64,000 bases of DNA from Ginglymostoma cirratum. Taxonomy: Eukaryota. This document shows positions 1 through 13,482 of the stretch, one piece after another. Location: the NCBI GenBank assembly GCA_024137785.1, contig JAHRHZ010000046.1:30792360-30856359 (forward strand), written 5' to 3'. Each line of letters begins with the position of its first letter. The stretch's first letter is position 1. A program made the position numbers and the translations under genes. Below the pieces are notes generated by a model. It was not told where the DNA came from and ran no database searches. It was given only the letters and a program-made list of their open reading frames with translations.

Positions 1-38
1 TCAGATTCTCCAGCATCTGCAGTTCCTACTATCTCTGA
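1..38 (+). mobile_element. Terminal fragment of a Penelope-like family A repeat, cut by the window edge
   Basis: tcagattctccagcatctgcagttcctactatctctga matches the long-arm tails at 37267-37300 and 29368-29407. Confidence 0.75.
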
Positions 39-2080
39 ATAAATTATACCCAGGTCATTTTAGGTCACTGATTTTTTTTTATTGGAACAGGCCATTGACC
101 TGAAATCTCTCTCTGATGATGCTGTCGGGCCTTCTGAATATTTTCAGGATTTTCTATTTTCTCTTAATTAAGCAGTCGTAAAAACCAATACTTATGCTTT
201 AATGTTTAAAAAAGTATTTCTATCTGTTAAATTTATTATAAAAACTGACCACTTATATGTAACTTATAAATATTTCTGTGTGGATTTTTAAAGCTACTTT
301 GAGTTATTTAAAGTTGATCATGTTCAGATGGTGGCATGAGACACTGAATGAAAATGTTGACTTGTTTTGGATAAATCTAGTTTTTGCAGTGTTATTCAAA
401 CTGCATTCTTAGAAATTTTAAATAATATGCTTTAAAACAAACACAATTTTTTAAAAAGAAAATTTATTCTAAAAATTGCCAAGTTGCACTCGTCCAAGAC
501 AGAATTTCAGGCTTGGTGATGTGCAAATATGTTTCAGCAGAAAGTTGAGAAACAGAAACTCATCTAAAGATGGCGCAATTTTGAGCAAAATTTGTGCCAC
601 GTCTCTGATTGCATCCAAAATAGAAATGCTATTCCATTACTTCTAATGTCACAATTCCACTTACAGTAAATGTATCTCTTCAATTTTACTGACACTGTAA
701 GGTATTGGTTTTTTTATGCAGAATGTGTTTCAGCAAATAGGTTTATAAAATGGAATTGTAAGATTAATACAGCAAAGACAGATGAAAATTGACATTTGAT
801 GTTTTCTTAAATGATGATGAATTCATTCCAGCACTGCAGTTGAAATGTAAAAGAAAATAAAGACAAATTACTTTTTAGTTCATCACTCTAAACCAACAAA
901 CCATGAGATTTGTGTATGCATATCATATCTAAGCTCATTTCCAAAAACATCAATGTGTCATTCAGCACATTCATTTGTAGCCAGTAAGTACAGAATCTGA
1001 TTCCTGTTCATTAGAACAGAACTTATCCTTTTATTAATAACCCCAGTTCTGCAAATGAAATCCCCACAATGCTAAAAGAAAGTAAAACATTTTACCCCAT
1101 GCATAAAAAAAGGTGTAAAGACCTGGTCAAGAAGTAGTAATAACAAATTAGATTTTGATTCTTTTAATAGAAATTTTAAACCAGAACAAGCATGATTTCC
1201 ATAAAATGAAGAAATGTTCACATGGGAACCTGCAAAGCTGACGATGACTTGCTTTGATTCACTACTGAAATATCATGAATTAGGTCACAAAGCCATATGC
1301 ATTCTAGATCCCCAAGGGGTTATATCTATTCATTGATTTGCTTCACATCTATTGGTTCATTCTGTCCTGATCAATTTAATTTCAACAAGTTAAAAACTTG
1401 AGGTGGTTTCCATGTTAAGCATCCAATCTGCAGCAGATCAAAAGTGGAATATGTACCCAAATCCCTCTTCCTTTCTTTTCTCGTGAAATAAAACTAGTTC
1501 TGTGACTTTTTTGGTAAATAAACTTTGATAGAGGCACATTTTTTAAATAGTTGGAAGGTTTCTGACATATTAGGGTATAATTGATATAGGTTTCATTGGA
1601 GCAGGATATCTCCCGAATGCTCCATCGGTTGCACTTGTTACACTCTAGCCTGAAAAGTCTTTACACAGGAGTTGACAGAGCACCTGAAACTTGGTGAATG
1701 ATGAATCAATAATCTCCCCCCTTGATCACAACTGAGGTTAAAGTATTAAGAAATAAACAAAGGTGTAATGGTGAAGGAAACAGGATGAATTAGAGTCAAA
1801 TCCGATACAGAAAGAAAAATAGTAGACTGGATCTTAAATGAAAAAAAGGCATTTTGTCATCACGGTCTCAATCTGCCATTTGCCAACCCACACCTTCCCA
1901 TTTCTAGATTTATCTGAGGCTTGAAGTGGTGGATAACTAATCCAATCCAATCCAAGTCAGAATTTTAAATATGATAAGGAGGTCAATGGCTGATCTACTT
2001 GGGAACTTTAACTAACATGAGATGGGTTTCCTGACCATCGGATTGCCTGGCAGTTTCGTTGATCAAGGACCTGGCAGATT

Positions 2081-2434
2081 AAAGTTTTGGCAAAGATCTG
2101 TAGCTCGGGTTATCGGTGAGGTTGTTGACGTGCTCGCCAAGCTGGCTTGTTTTTGTTTAGACGTTTTGTCACTGTGCTCGGTGACATCATCAGTGGAGCC
2201 TCCGATGAAGTGATGTTATTCTACATGGAAACGCATAGAATTGGACCCCATTTACAAACCCATACAGATCAAAACCGTAAATGACAGTACTCACCGTAAC
2301 AGACTGGACAATATAAATTCCAAGCGGGGTAGAATAACATTGCTTCATCGGAAGCTCCATTGATGATGTCACCTGGCATGGTGACAAAACGTCTCAACGA
2401 AAACAAGCCAGCTCGGCGAGCAAGGCAACAACCT
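2081..2434 (+). mobile_element. Penelope-like element 3' end with inverted terminal repeat (family C)
   Basis: Inverted arms ~2119-2224 and 2329-2434. The spacer encodes KRIELDPIYKPIQIKT from 2229, resembling the C-terminus of a PLE RT/GIY-YIG ORF. Exact 13-bp TSD GACCTGGCAGATT at 2068-2080 and 2435-2447. Decayed hammerhead motifs at 2160-2193 (-) and 2360-2393 (+). Confidence 0.85.
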
Positions 2435-3346
2435 GACCTGGCAGATTTCAGAAGTTAGATTTTCACACCTAACTTCTGGATCCAGATTTCTACCTGAGGA
2501 GGCTCCGTGATTATGGATTTCCACGACAAACCTTCCCATAAAGATCTTCAATTAACCCCAAAGTGGGAATCAATCCCCTTACCACCACATCCTAATTTCT
2601 TCACCACCATCAAGCCCTGTCTCCCCATTACACTGTCTTGAAACCTCCGTCACCATCAGGCCCAAATTCCCCACAACTGGAGTGTGGCATCTCAGATCAT
2701 CCCCATTCAAGACCTGATCTGGATACCAGATAGTGGCCCCTTCAATTAAAATGCCGATTCCAAATTGTATCATCACATTGGCTCTTCTCGTTGCCCCATT
2801 CAGTTAACCCAATCCTACCTTCCAGTTGACCACCTCAGCATTGTGAACACTATACTCTGCACCCTCACCTCTGATTGCCCTGCTCTGTAGTTGATCACAT
2901 TCCCATTCACCCCAATCCCGCCAAGAGAACCAACTCCCACCACTTTGCTAGTTATGCTGGCTCTACAGTTCACTTTAACCCAGCTGGTAAGGGAATTCCA
3001 TGAGGTGAGATGCCCCCAGAATTCAGTCTAATCTGCTCCCTATGGCTTGCCTCAGTTCTGCTGAATTAGAGGGAAGGAAATATTAGATGAATAGAAAAAG
3101 TAGAAGAGACAAAATGAAACAAAAATGGTGAATTTAGTTAGCCATTTGTTGTGATTCTACTCTCATGGATTATTTCTTCCTTATCACAAGTTGCTGGACA
3201 ATTTATGACTCAAGAGTGGCAAGCATCATTAAAACTAGCTCAGGAAGTTTGCTTGTTACGGGAGCTTGCATGGAATAGAGGAAATGAGGAAGGAAAAAGG
3301 CATCTACCAACTAAAATAAAACAAAGACCTGTAGCTACTAAGATCT

Positions 3347-3553
3347 AAAACAAAACCAAACATTGCTGGAAAAAAAATCAACAAGTCTGGCAGCTACTGT
3401 GGGGAGAAAACAGAGTTAATGTTTTACTTCCAGTGTTTCTTCATCAGAAGACTTCATCTCATGAAGAGTCACTGGATTACAATGTTGACTCAGCTTTCTT
3501 CCCACAGGTGCTGCCAGACCTCCTGATTTTCTCCAGCAATTTCTGTTTCTGTT
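3347..3553. mobile_element. Diverged fold-back PLE family B repeat
   Basis: ttgctggaaaa...gtctggcagc...agagttaatg followed by its reverse complement cacaggtgctgccagacct...ctccagcaatttctgttt; similar to 49748-50011. Confidence 0.75.
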
Positions 3554-4598
3554 GCATCTGCTGTCTGGTTGATTGCAAAATGTCAAAATTGCTTATCGTT
3601 AACAGTAGAAATTGTGCTATCTTATGCTTCTACAAGCACTTCAATCTGTTGGCACTAACTGCATAGTGTAATTTAAAGCCACAAAATCATTACAATCTTA
3701 GTCAGTAAACTTCTAGTCAATCTAATTGTGTATGCCTGATCCATATGCAAACATTTCTGGACAAAATTGTAAATTACAAACGTGCCTCGAAAGACTGATA
3801 TTCCAGCCTGGCAATCACAACAAGGAGAAATACTTGCTAGGAACACAAGTTGAACAATACTCCTTGTAAAATGGGTCAGAGTATCAGCATTCTAGGTGAT
3901 TCTCAAACTTTTCTTCTTTTGAAAGTGGGGTTGATTACACAGCTGCATGGTATCTTAAGGTGAATTTATTTATCGTAAATTTGAGTGAGAACATGCAACT
4001 TAAGATACTGGACAACACAATTAATTTATGTATTTATACTTGGAAGAATTGAACAGTTCCTTAAGAGGTTAAAAACTATAAAACAGAGCAAATAAACCGA
4101 CTGAACACAAATGTTTATCAAATAGCTGCACCACAAACCATGTGTTTGCAGAAAGTTCTAAAACCTAGTCACTTCAGATTTATTAATTACAGAAAAAGAC
4201 CTACTGAATGGGGATTTCTAAATGCCTGGGATTTAATGTATTGATGGCAAGCCAATAGCATCATTATTTAAGGAATTATCCAAGTATTCAACATATCGAT
4301 TACATGAGAACAGCAATTAACAAATGAATTAAAGGAATAAGAGTGATGGAGTGCTTTCGACTGTTGCCCTAAATTAATTTGCTTGCCTCCCTGCAAATCA
4401 ATGCCCAACTTTCGGTGATTGCTGTTCCACACTGTCCTCAGAGCAAGATCTCGCCATGATCACCCCTGTCTCCAGGGTCTGATGCCTCAGAGTCAGAAAC
4501 CTCGGTTGTTACTGAACCCTCCACACTGCTCCACATCACACACAGCCAGGTTCCCCAAAACCACTGATAAAGGAGGTGGGGAGTCAAGGTTATAAGTA

Positions 4599-5435
4599 AT
4601 GGGTGACCTCTGTAGGATCTTTCAATTGTGCACCCACAAGAGTATCAGGACAGTAACCAATGCTATCTGTGTAAGATCACCCCAGTTGATTTTGTTTCCT
4701 GATGATGAGGCCAGTGCTGCAGCCCGTGCTGTGAGATTTTTAAACATAGTGAACTACGCTCAGGTGCAGGGTGCCATTGACTACACACATGTAGCATGAA
4801 AGAGGCCGTATCACAACACTGTGGAGTTCAACAACAAGCAGGGTTTCCATTCAATTAATGTTCAGATGATACGTGATCACTGTAACCACCTCCTGGGGGT
4901 GTGTGCCCACTACCACAACAGAGACTATGATGCCTGCAGCCTGGAGCACTCTTGTGTATGGGGTGCTTTTGAAGTTCCAGGTGCCTTGGAAGGTTGGTTA
5001 CTGGGGAACAAAAGCTCATGACACCATTGCACAACCCTCAAACTGATACAGAGCACAGATTTGATGCCTGTACATTTCATAACCAGGGTCATGGTGGAGT
5101 AGAGTACAGGTCTGTTAATATTGTGGTTCTGCTGCTTGGATTGGTCTGGGGTGGGGTCCCTCCATAAATAGCCTGGACAGCGCGTGCAGCATCATTGGGG
5201 CATGTGGTGCGGTGCACAACTGAAACAAACAGTGTTGGATGCTGAAAAACTAGGTGAAAGACAACAATCTTCTACTGAGGATGAAAACACCTGGGAGGTG
5301 GAAGTTCTTTCTTTCATTCATTCATGGGATGAGGGCAGCACTGGCTCGGCCAGCAATTTATTGCTCCTTGTCCATAATAAAGCTCTATTATGTTGGATAC
5401 TACGAGCCAGACAGGACCTGATTGACACCTAGTTC
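4599..5435 (+). pseudogene. PIF/Harbinger DDE transposase remnant (HARBI1-like family)
   Basis: Motifs in the expected order: QVQGAIDYTHV, NNKQGFHSINVQ, GWLLGN, TPLHNPQT, TRVMVE*STGLL..FCCLDWSG, IIGACGAVHN, RARQDLI. Stops and frameshifts present; a short LINE/SINE tail is inserted at ~5310-5370. Confidence 0.9.
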
Positions 5436-8400
5436 CAGTAGATGAGAGCTGGGTGCAGCAGACCATCATGAACCTTATCGTAGTAATTGATCTTAAACTG
5501 GGGGCCAGACTGCTGCCTCCATTAATTTAGTTTGAGTTCACTTTTGCTGGCTATAAATATATTTTCATTGTTTGATTGCTTGCTTGCATGTGGTGTTTTC
5601 CTCCTGGACAATGTCAAAGTGTAGATCTTCAGTGGGCCTTGGATACAGGGCAGCTGTGAGGTAGCCAGGGCATTTAGATGGGCTATAGACAGGTTAACTG
5701 TGTGACATGGTGGTTCAACAGCAATAAGATTGAGATAGCGAGGTTGTCCATGCTGGCTAGATATTGTGAGCAGAATGGTTTTGTGGTTGCTGTGCCATTA
5801 TGCTGCCAGTGAGAGGCAATCTGAAATGCAAATGTTTGTCTAGGTGCACAATGTGTTTTAAAAGATGCACGGGGTGCAAAGGATGTCAGTCCTTCAGCAG
5901 ATGGCTGGTGAGTATCGAGTTGTTTTGGGGATGGTATTTGGTAAATCGAGCTAGAATCAGAAGTGAATGATGCCATTAGAGTGAGGTAGGTGGTTAATGA
6001 GGTACATTTTCTAAAATACAGTGAGAAAACTCTCTGAGCCTCACAGTGAAAACACGAGGCCTAACTGACACGTAGCCAAAAACGATAAGAAATTCACCTC
6101 TACGTTTGAATCAGTCTGCACCTGTGGTCTTGTTAAGAGGGATGTTTAAGTCCATATAAGACCATTCTTATTTGGTACACTTCCTACAGAAAACCTTCAA
6201 CTCTTCAGCACTACAATTTAATTATTGCTGGTATTTCTCCACTGTCTCCATTAAATTAGTCTATTTTTCTGGCATTTCACCAGCGGGTTTTTATAGTAAA
6301 CTGCAACCATTAAAAAGCTGTAAGCAGCTAATTCATATCCACTTAAAAACCTCATTCTGCCCTTACTGGTATTAACACAACAGTGGACAGAGGGCTCACT
6401 ACGCAGAAAGGATGACAAGCTAATTCACACAGCATTCCTTGTGGTTTTCCAACGGGAACATCTCTGGTCGCAAGGCACTCAGACTTTTGAAGAACCATAC
6501 ATTGAGAAGGCAAGCCCATTAAGAGGTGTCTCACTTGTCCTTGCTCCAATGCCTGTCCCTCGGAGGCTCCAATCCATAAAGCACCCTCCTCGATCCTGTA
6601 GCATCAATCACTTGTGTGGAATTCATCATTGATACTAGTCCTTGGGGAGGGAGGGATGTGTGAGGGTGTGACCACACGGGCAGCAATTACTGTCTCACAG
6701 GTGATGCCGCCATTCAATAAAGCTGCCAGTTTCCAATTGACCAATCTTCCTTGGCATGGGTACTTCTGACCCTGGGATCTTTGATCCTGGGGAAGGGTCC
6801 CTGTTGGCCACTGAATGGTTGGTAATCCAACAGGGCTCCCATCGAGTCTTTAACCAATGCGCAAGATATCACTCACTTCCATTAAGTATCATACCTTAAA
6901 ATCTATTTCACTGTCCAGGGCTGTTCAGATTCATATTAACTCATGGTGAACAAGCCAAAATGACATGGTAGGGTATGGAGCTTTCTTTTGTTTCTCAGGG
7001 GAAAAACAAATAAACTGAAGGGTTAAGAATCATCATGCAGGACACAATGAAATTGAAAAGAAGAGGTAATAGTGATTAGATGGTGTCAAGCTTAGGCATT
7101 AAAAGCCTAAAGATTATGGAAGGAAGGGAAGATTGAAGAAGGCAAGGGAGTAAATTTTGTGAGATTGGAAATTTACGGGTCATTGAGGACAGAAAATTGC
7201 AAGCAGAGAGCCCATGAATTTTCAATTTATATGGACTGTATACAAGGCTTCACCAGCAATACAGGGTCTTGGAAAAATTAGCCCAAGGAGTTTCACAGTT
7301 TAAGATCTTTGAGTAGGAGGTGGTACGATGAGTCACGTGATTTCAATACAATGATGCATGAAGGAGAAAGAGCGTGAAGGATATATTTGTACCTTAGGAA
7401 AAATAGAAGCAAAATTCATGGAGGTGTTCAAGAAAGAAGGAAATAATTAAAGTGCAAATATAGAAAGTCCCCAGCTACTTCACAATTGATGGATTATTTT
7501 TGAACTATAATCATTTCCATTAGATTCACAACTGTTGCAGTGAATTTGTGCCATTAAGTTCAGCAAAGAGAAACGGGAGACGACTGGCCATTTCATCTGG
7601 ATTATTTACAGTGGTGTTTGTTGAGGGAGAAATTTTAGCCAGGAGAATATGAGAATTTTTGCCGTGCTTTGAGTGAACAGTATTGTGACAGAAAAGTTTA
7701 AGCCTGTGCATGAAAGAAGAATCCTCTGTCAGCTGAGCATTTTCTTGGATTAATCCCAGAATTTGACGCAAACACGAGAAAAGTTTTCCAGATATGACAG
7801 CAGTATTACAGACTTGCATTGTCTTGCGAGTACCAGCTTTCGATATTGCAGATGTTAGTGTAAACAGAACTCCCAGTGTCACTTTAAACTCATATCATTC
7901 TCCATTTCTCAAAGAAAAGAATCAGTATTTTCTTATGAACATTAACAAAACAGAGGAAAATACATTATTTAAAAAAACAACCTCAGGTGCAAACTTGCCA
8001 ATTATATCCATGTTTAGCGTGTTAAATGTTATAATAGAATGCTTTCTTATTTAAAGTAATAGTGTTACTTTTACCTCTGTTTAAAATATAAGCTGAATTC
8101 ACCCCATCAATTAACCCGTGGAGCTACGGATCAGTAATAAAATAATCCTCTATCTGGCTTTTCGGCATTCAATTTAACCGCAATAATTTGTTTTGTAACA
8201 GAAGAGGAACAATAGAATAGAATAGAAAATGTTTCACATACCATGTAAACTCCTGCTTCTATTGCACAATGCTGTACATTACATTCATTTAAGACATAAA
8301 GTATCCCTTTCAAATAGCCACCACAATAATTTCTTGGTTTTACATATGTACTGAAGATGAACATACTGTACTTGGCATTATCCAATGCTTTGCATTGATT

Positions 8401-8685
8401 CTTACCCCTGCTCGTTACTAGACAGAGATAATTAGAACTAACACCTCCAATAATAGAGGTAGTACAAAAAGACTTTGAAATTGGTTTTGTGGGAGTTCTG
8501 CAAATACTCTACAGAATAGCATCAAATCAACTCCTTTCTTTTGCAAGCCGATAGGAATAATGGTCCAAATAGAACGCATAAAGGAAAATGGAGAGGGAGC
8601 ATCACACATTTGTAATTGAGCTCACATAATTTTCTGTCCAAAGTTAATGTGGTTTATTCATGAAAGGCATGTGATCTTCAATCAT

Positions 8686-8780
8686 CATCATAGGAGCAGG
8701 AAAACTTGACGTTTCGGGCCTAAACCCTTCATCAGAAATTTCATCTCGGATTCTCCAGCATCTGCAGTACCTTTTATGTC
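8686..8780. mobile_element. Very short fold-back PLE family A insertion
   Basis: Minus-strand hammerhead arm joined to the plus-strand tail atctcggattctccagcatctgcagtacc. 14-bp TSD TGATCTTCAATCAT at 8672-8685 and 8781-8794. Confidence 0.85.
8704..8739 (-). ncRNA. Minimal type I hammerhead ribozyme motif (core intact)
   Basis: Minus strand reads AUUU CUGAUGA A GGGU UUAG GCCC GAAAC GUC AAGU; activity not shown. Confidence 0.6.
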
Positions 8781-9329
8781 TGATCTTCAATCATTTTCTT
8801 TTCTTCAATACATTTAATTAGAACATTTTCACCAGCTTTACCAGTGCACAAAGGAAAAGATAATTTACTCCATATCTTTGAACATTATTATGTGGTGATG
8901 TCTCTGACCCTTGATTTTTAGGCAAGATCAGAGTTGAGACTGGTCAAAAGATGATTCCACTGTTGCATTCTTTATTTCACTACAGAGCTGCAAGAGGCCG
9001 ATTTGCACGCATCGATATCTCATTTTTATCTGTTCTCATCTCATTTACTTGCAGTTTGCTATTTTCCGATGTGCTGGTGTGAAACTATATGGTGACAAGT
9101 CCTGTCATGAAAGTCAGAGTGGCTACCTGACGGCTCTAGTCCCTCCAGGTCTTGGTTAGCAGTCCCTAGCACCTCAAAGATTTCTCCATGGTAGTGACAC
9201 CTGCACTGTTCAGCTACGGAGGTTGCGTTGGACACACACCAGCCTCTTCACATTATCATGGCACAGCTTTGACTGACTTAGATTATAGGCCTCCACTTTA
9301 ATGCTGAATTTTGGAGCACACTGATATCT

Positions 9330-11220
9330 TGTATTCTAATGCTACTTACCAGCGGCTTACACACACCAAGCAGCAATGATTGAAGGAGGGTGCATCTCAG
9401 GAATCTTTGCCTCCTAAGGGTGCTCACTCACTCAAGTATTTGGATGCTTACAGTATCCCTGATTTGCCTTGCTTTACCTGTTTCAAGCATCTTCAGTGTT
9501 GTCAGAGCTGCACTCATCCAGAGAAGTGGGGAGTATTTCATCACACTCCTGACTTGTGCCTTTTAGATGGAGGACAGGCTTTGGAGAGTCAGGAGTTGAG
9601 AAACATCCTGCAGGATTCCTAGTTTCTACCTACTCTTGTAAGCACAATACATATATGGCTAGTCCAGGTCAGTTCCTGATCAATGGTACCCCCCACACCC
9701 AGAATGTTGATAGTAGGGTATTCAGTGATGGTAATGCCATGGAATGTTAAGAAGAAATGGTTCAATTCTCTCTTGTTACAGATGGTCATTGCCTGGCACT
9801 TATACGACGGATATGTTACTTATCAGTTGTCCATATCCTAACCTAGATATTGTCCACACCTTGCTGCATGGGTTGCCTCCGTATCTGAGGAGTTGTGAAT
9901 GGCGCTGAACGTTGGTTATCGTGAATTACACATTACTGATTCTGACCCTATAATGGAGGGAAGGTCATCAATGAAGCAGCTGAAGATGCTTGGGCCTAGG
10001 ATACACCTCTGTGGAATCCTAAAGAAATTTCCGGCAGTTGAGATTAATTCTCACCAACCACCACAACCGCCTTCCTTGTGCTAGGTATGACTCCTACCAC
10101 AGGAAAGATTTTTCAACTGATTCCCATTGACTCCAGTTTTGCTCTGGCTCCTTGAGTAAAATTGGCCTTGATGACAATGACAGTCACACTCACCTCAGCA
10201 ATGGAATTCAGCGTTTTTTGCCCATGTCTCACCTAAGGCTGAGGTCAAGAGGTGATTGACATTCAGCTTGGGTTCTGCCCAGGTCCGCAAGCAGGTTATT
10301 GTTAAGCAAGTGTTACTTGATAGCACTATTAATGACACTGTCCATCACTTTACCAATGACCAAGAGTAGGTTGATAGGGCAGTAATTATTCAGGTTGGAT
10401 TTGTCCTTTTTTTGTGTATAGGACATACCTGGGCAATTTACCACGTTGTTGGGGAAATGCCAATGTTGTGACTGTAGTGGAACAGTTCGGCTAGGCGTGT
10501 GGCAACTTCTGAATCGATAGTCTTCACACTGATCAAAACCTCAGAGTCGCTATGTGACACAAGTAGTTTCACTGTGATGACATTCTCACATTTAGATATA
10601 TCTGATGCTGCTCCTGGCATGCACTCCTGCTCTCTTCATAGAATCATTGAATCCCTACAGTGAGGAAGCAGGCCATTCAGCCTATCAAATTCATACCACT
10701 CTTCGAAAGAGCATCCCACCCAGAACCAACCACATCCCCCACCCTATACTTGTAACCCTGCATTTCCCATGGCTAATCCACCTAATCTATACATCACTGG
10801 ACACTATGGGCAATTTTGCATGGCCAATCCACCTGAGCTGTACATCTGTGATTTGTGGGAGGAAACCGGAGGACCAGAAAGAAACCCAAGGAATCATGAT
10901 TTATTTGTTTGGCTTGATAGTAGTAGTAGAGTGGGTGATAAACCATACTGTGAGGCTACAGATTGTATTGGAGTATAATTCTGCTGCTGCTGATGGCTCA
11001 CAGCCCTTCATGGATGCCCTGTCCTGAATTGACAGATCTGTTTGAAGTCTATCCTATCTAACACAGAGATAGCATCAAACAACATGATGGAGGGTTAACT
11101 CAAAACAAAAACAAAACCTTGGCTCTAAAAGGACTGTGTGGTGGTCACTTTTACTGATTCTATCATGGACATATGTGGCTGTGGCAGGCAGATTGGTGAG
11201 GGCAAGGTCAAATATGTTTC
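9330..11220 (-). mobile_element. Decayed CR1/L2-group LINE ORF2 (endonuclease end plus RT), interrupted by a SINE
   Basis: Minus strand encodes a KAQVRSVMKYSP-like RT C-terminus (~9520-9560) and an endonuclease end FDLALTNLP...SDHHTVL (~11130-11215); many stops. Confidence 0.75.
10636..10890 (-). mobile_element. HE1-type SINE, 5'-truncated
   Basis: Reverse complement matches the core and CR1-derived tail of the copies at 37787-38121 and 44720-45022. Confidence 0.8.
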
Positions 11221-11452
11221 TTTGCTCTTGACCCAGGCAGAATTCAATCACTTATATTGTATTGCCTGGTGCTCCTCCAATTACATATCTTTTTCTCTCC
11301 CATATTTATTGCGGATAGCCTCAATACTGAATCTATCAGAAACAAATGTGGGAGAGATTGGCCTGTGATTGGTAAAGTTTCTCTTTTAAAACATTTCCAA
11401 CTACACTTCTTTATAGTCTCAGCGGCTATATAGGTCTCCTTGACAGATTACC

Positions 11453-11616
11453 TCAATTGCAACATTTAAAAGGCATCTGGATGGGTATATGAATTTGGAA
11501 GGGTTTAGAGGGATATGGGACCAATACTGGCAAATGTGACTAGGTTGGATTGGAATGTCTGGTCGGCATGGATGAATTGGACCAAAGGGTCTGTTTCCAT
11601 GTTGTATGACTCTATT
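11453..11616 (+). mobile_element. CR1 LINE 3' end
   Basis: FKRHLDGYM-type ORF2 end followed by the gggtctgtttcc...gtatgactct tail. Confidence 0.8.
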
Positions 11617-13353
11617 GCACAAGCCTATTCAAACAGTTCAGTTTAAAAATTTTGACGCCTTCAAATATTGCAAAGAGATACGATGTTGTGATTTGGATGT
11701 ATTTTTAATGCAGCGGTTGATTGTAGGGCTCTGTCCTGCAAACTAAGTTAAGCATTACATTACACACAGCATTGTGTGAATTTGTTGATTTGCATTAGCT
11801 TTCCAAATGGGGAAAGTGTCATAATGCATTTTAATGCGGATAAAACATGTGGAAAACAGTCTTGCTATGTCTAAAACTGATATTTAAATGTCCAGATATC
11901 TTTTATTTTGAAAAAAAAACTGCTGTTGAACGTTAAGAACTACCTGTGCCTCTTCGTTAATCGATAGGAAACCTGCCTTGAAATGGAAATGAGGCCATTT
12001 TTTCTTTCACTTTCAGGGTTTCTTTGGAATTAATACCTAATGTTTTGATAGTCGTGGCCATTAGGAATACTTGATTGAGTTCCACAAGTTAATGGAGTAC
12101 CCAGCTCTGTTCATACAGCCATTCAGGGAATGATTGACAATTTTAAATGGCTATAATAACAACCTTTCTATGATGTGTTTCCTGAAAAGATTTTTCTTTT
12201 GCTTGCATAAACTAATGGCTACTTAAGGTTTTAAGCTTTTATTTTTTTTTCTATAGCATTACCATTTTTCCACAATATTAATGGAAGTTTTATTAAATTG
12301 ATACAGATTTTTGTTTAAACCAGAACCGATTGCTTTTGCATATTTCCTGAGTACTACATGTTGTTGAAACTAAATGGTCATGGCGGATACATGGGGCATG
12401 TGGATGGTATAAGAGACAAGAGAACATATTTGGAGTAAGAGGGATATGGAAAGAGCAGGAAGGGGAGAGAGGTTGAGGACTGATGATTAATGGTCATAAA
12501 AATGATTTTGGGAGCTGGACTGAAGTCCTCAGAAAACAGGTAAATGTTCTAACAAGCCTGTGTCTACAACCAAACTTACTACACTATATTGTGGCTCATA
12601 AACTTGCACATTGAATCAACCCCTTATTGAAGAAATAAACATTTTGGAAAATATCAGTAATGAGTCAGAAGCCACTAAAAGGATCCAACTCATTTTTTGC
12701 AAGCCCAAGTGGGGGATTTCTAGACCCAGATGTTGGGTGAAAGGGCATTATAATCAATTGTGCTGCAAAAGTACTCATAAATCTGTTAATTGAGAAATAT
12801 TGGATTGTATAACAGGGTGTTAATAACCACAAAAAAATCAAAAGAACTGAATGCTGGAAATCAGAAACTGTAGGATTGAGCAAAAATGCGTATCATCTAA
12901 AATACTGGAGCAAAACCCTGGACTTTTCAAAAGCCTTTAAAAGTAAAGAGGGCAGCTGGGCTGAGCTTTGGAAATAAATACACAGACAGAGTGATGCCTG
13001 CCTGGAACCATTGTTCAGCCTGGAATTCCAATTTACACTTCCACTCTAAGAGAACAATCAACCAAACCTAACACTCTCGACTGGAACTAACTTTTACACC
13101 TCAGGCTACCCAGCACAGATAGTATGCAACCTATACAGATACCATACATTCAACTTCAACCAATATTCATTCACAGAGATTTTGAGCATTTAAACTTCAA
13201 TCAAAGTACATTTCCACATGCTCGTTAACTATTGGGAAACCAGTTGACTTCAAAGAGAGCCCCAGTAACATAATGACAAACACAGATTTGGCATGAAGAT
13301 AAGAGGCCTACAATCAGTATTATTGCAGGCCCTGACCTCACCGAAATGACTTT

Positions 13354-13482
13354 CCCCACAGCTATCCCCAGAAGAGGGATCCCAAAGAGTTATCTCCCAG
13401 AGAGTAATGCCCCAGCAGCTATTCCCCAGTAGGCATTCCAAACAGCAATCCCCAGAAGAAGAATTCCAAAGGCTAATTCCAG
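13354..13482. repeat. Degenerate minisatellite with ~14-17 bp units (CCCAG...AT core)
   Basis: About 8 imperfect units such as ccccacagctat, cccagaagagggat, cccaaagagttat, ccccagcagctatt, ccccagtaggcatt. Confidence 0.55.

Noticed and set aside
4599-5021. Functional HARBI1 gene
   Set aside because: In-frame stops, frameshifts, a GD-to-GN change at a conserved acidic site and an inserted repeat
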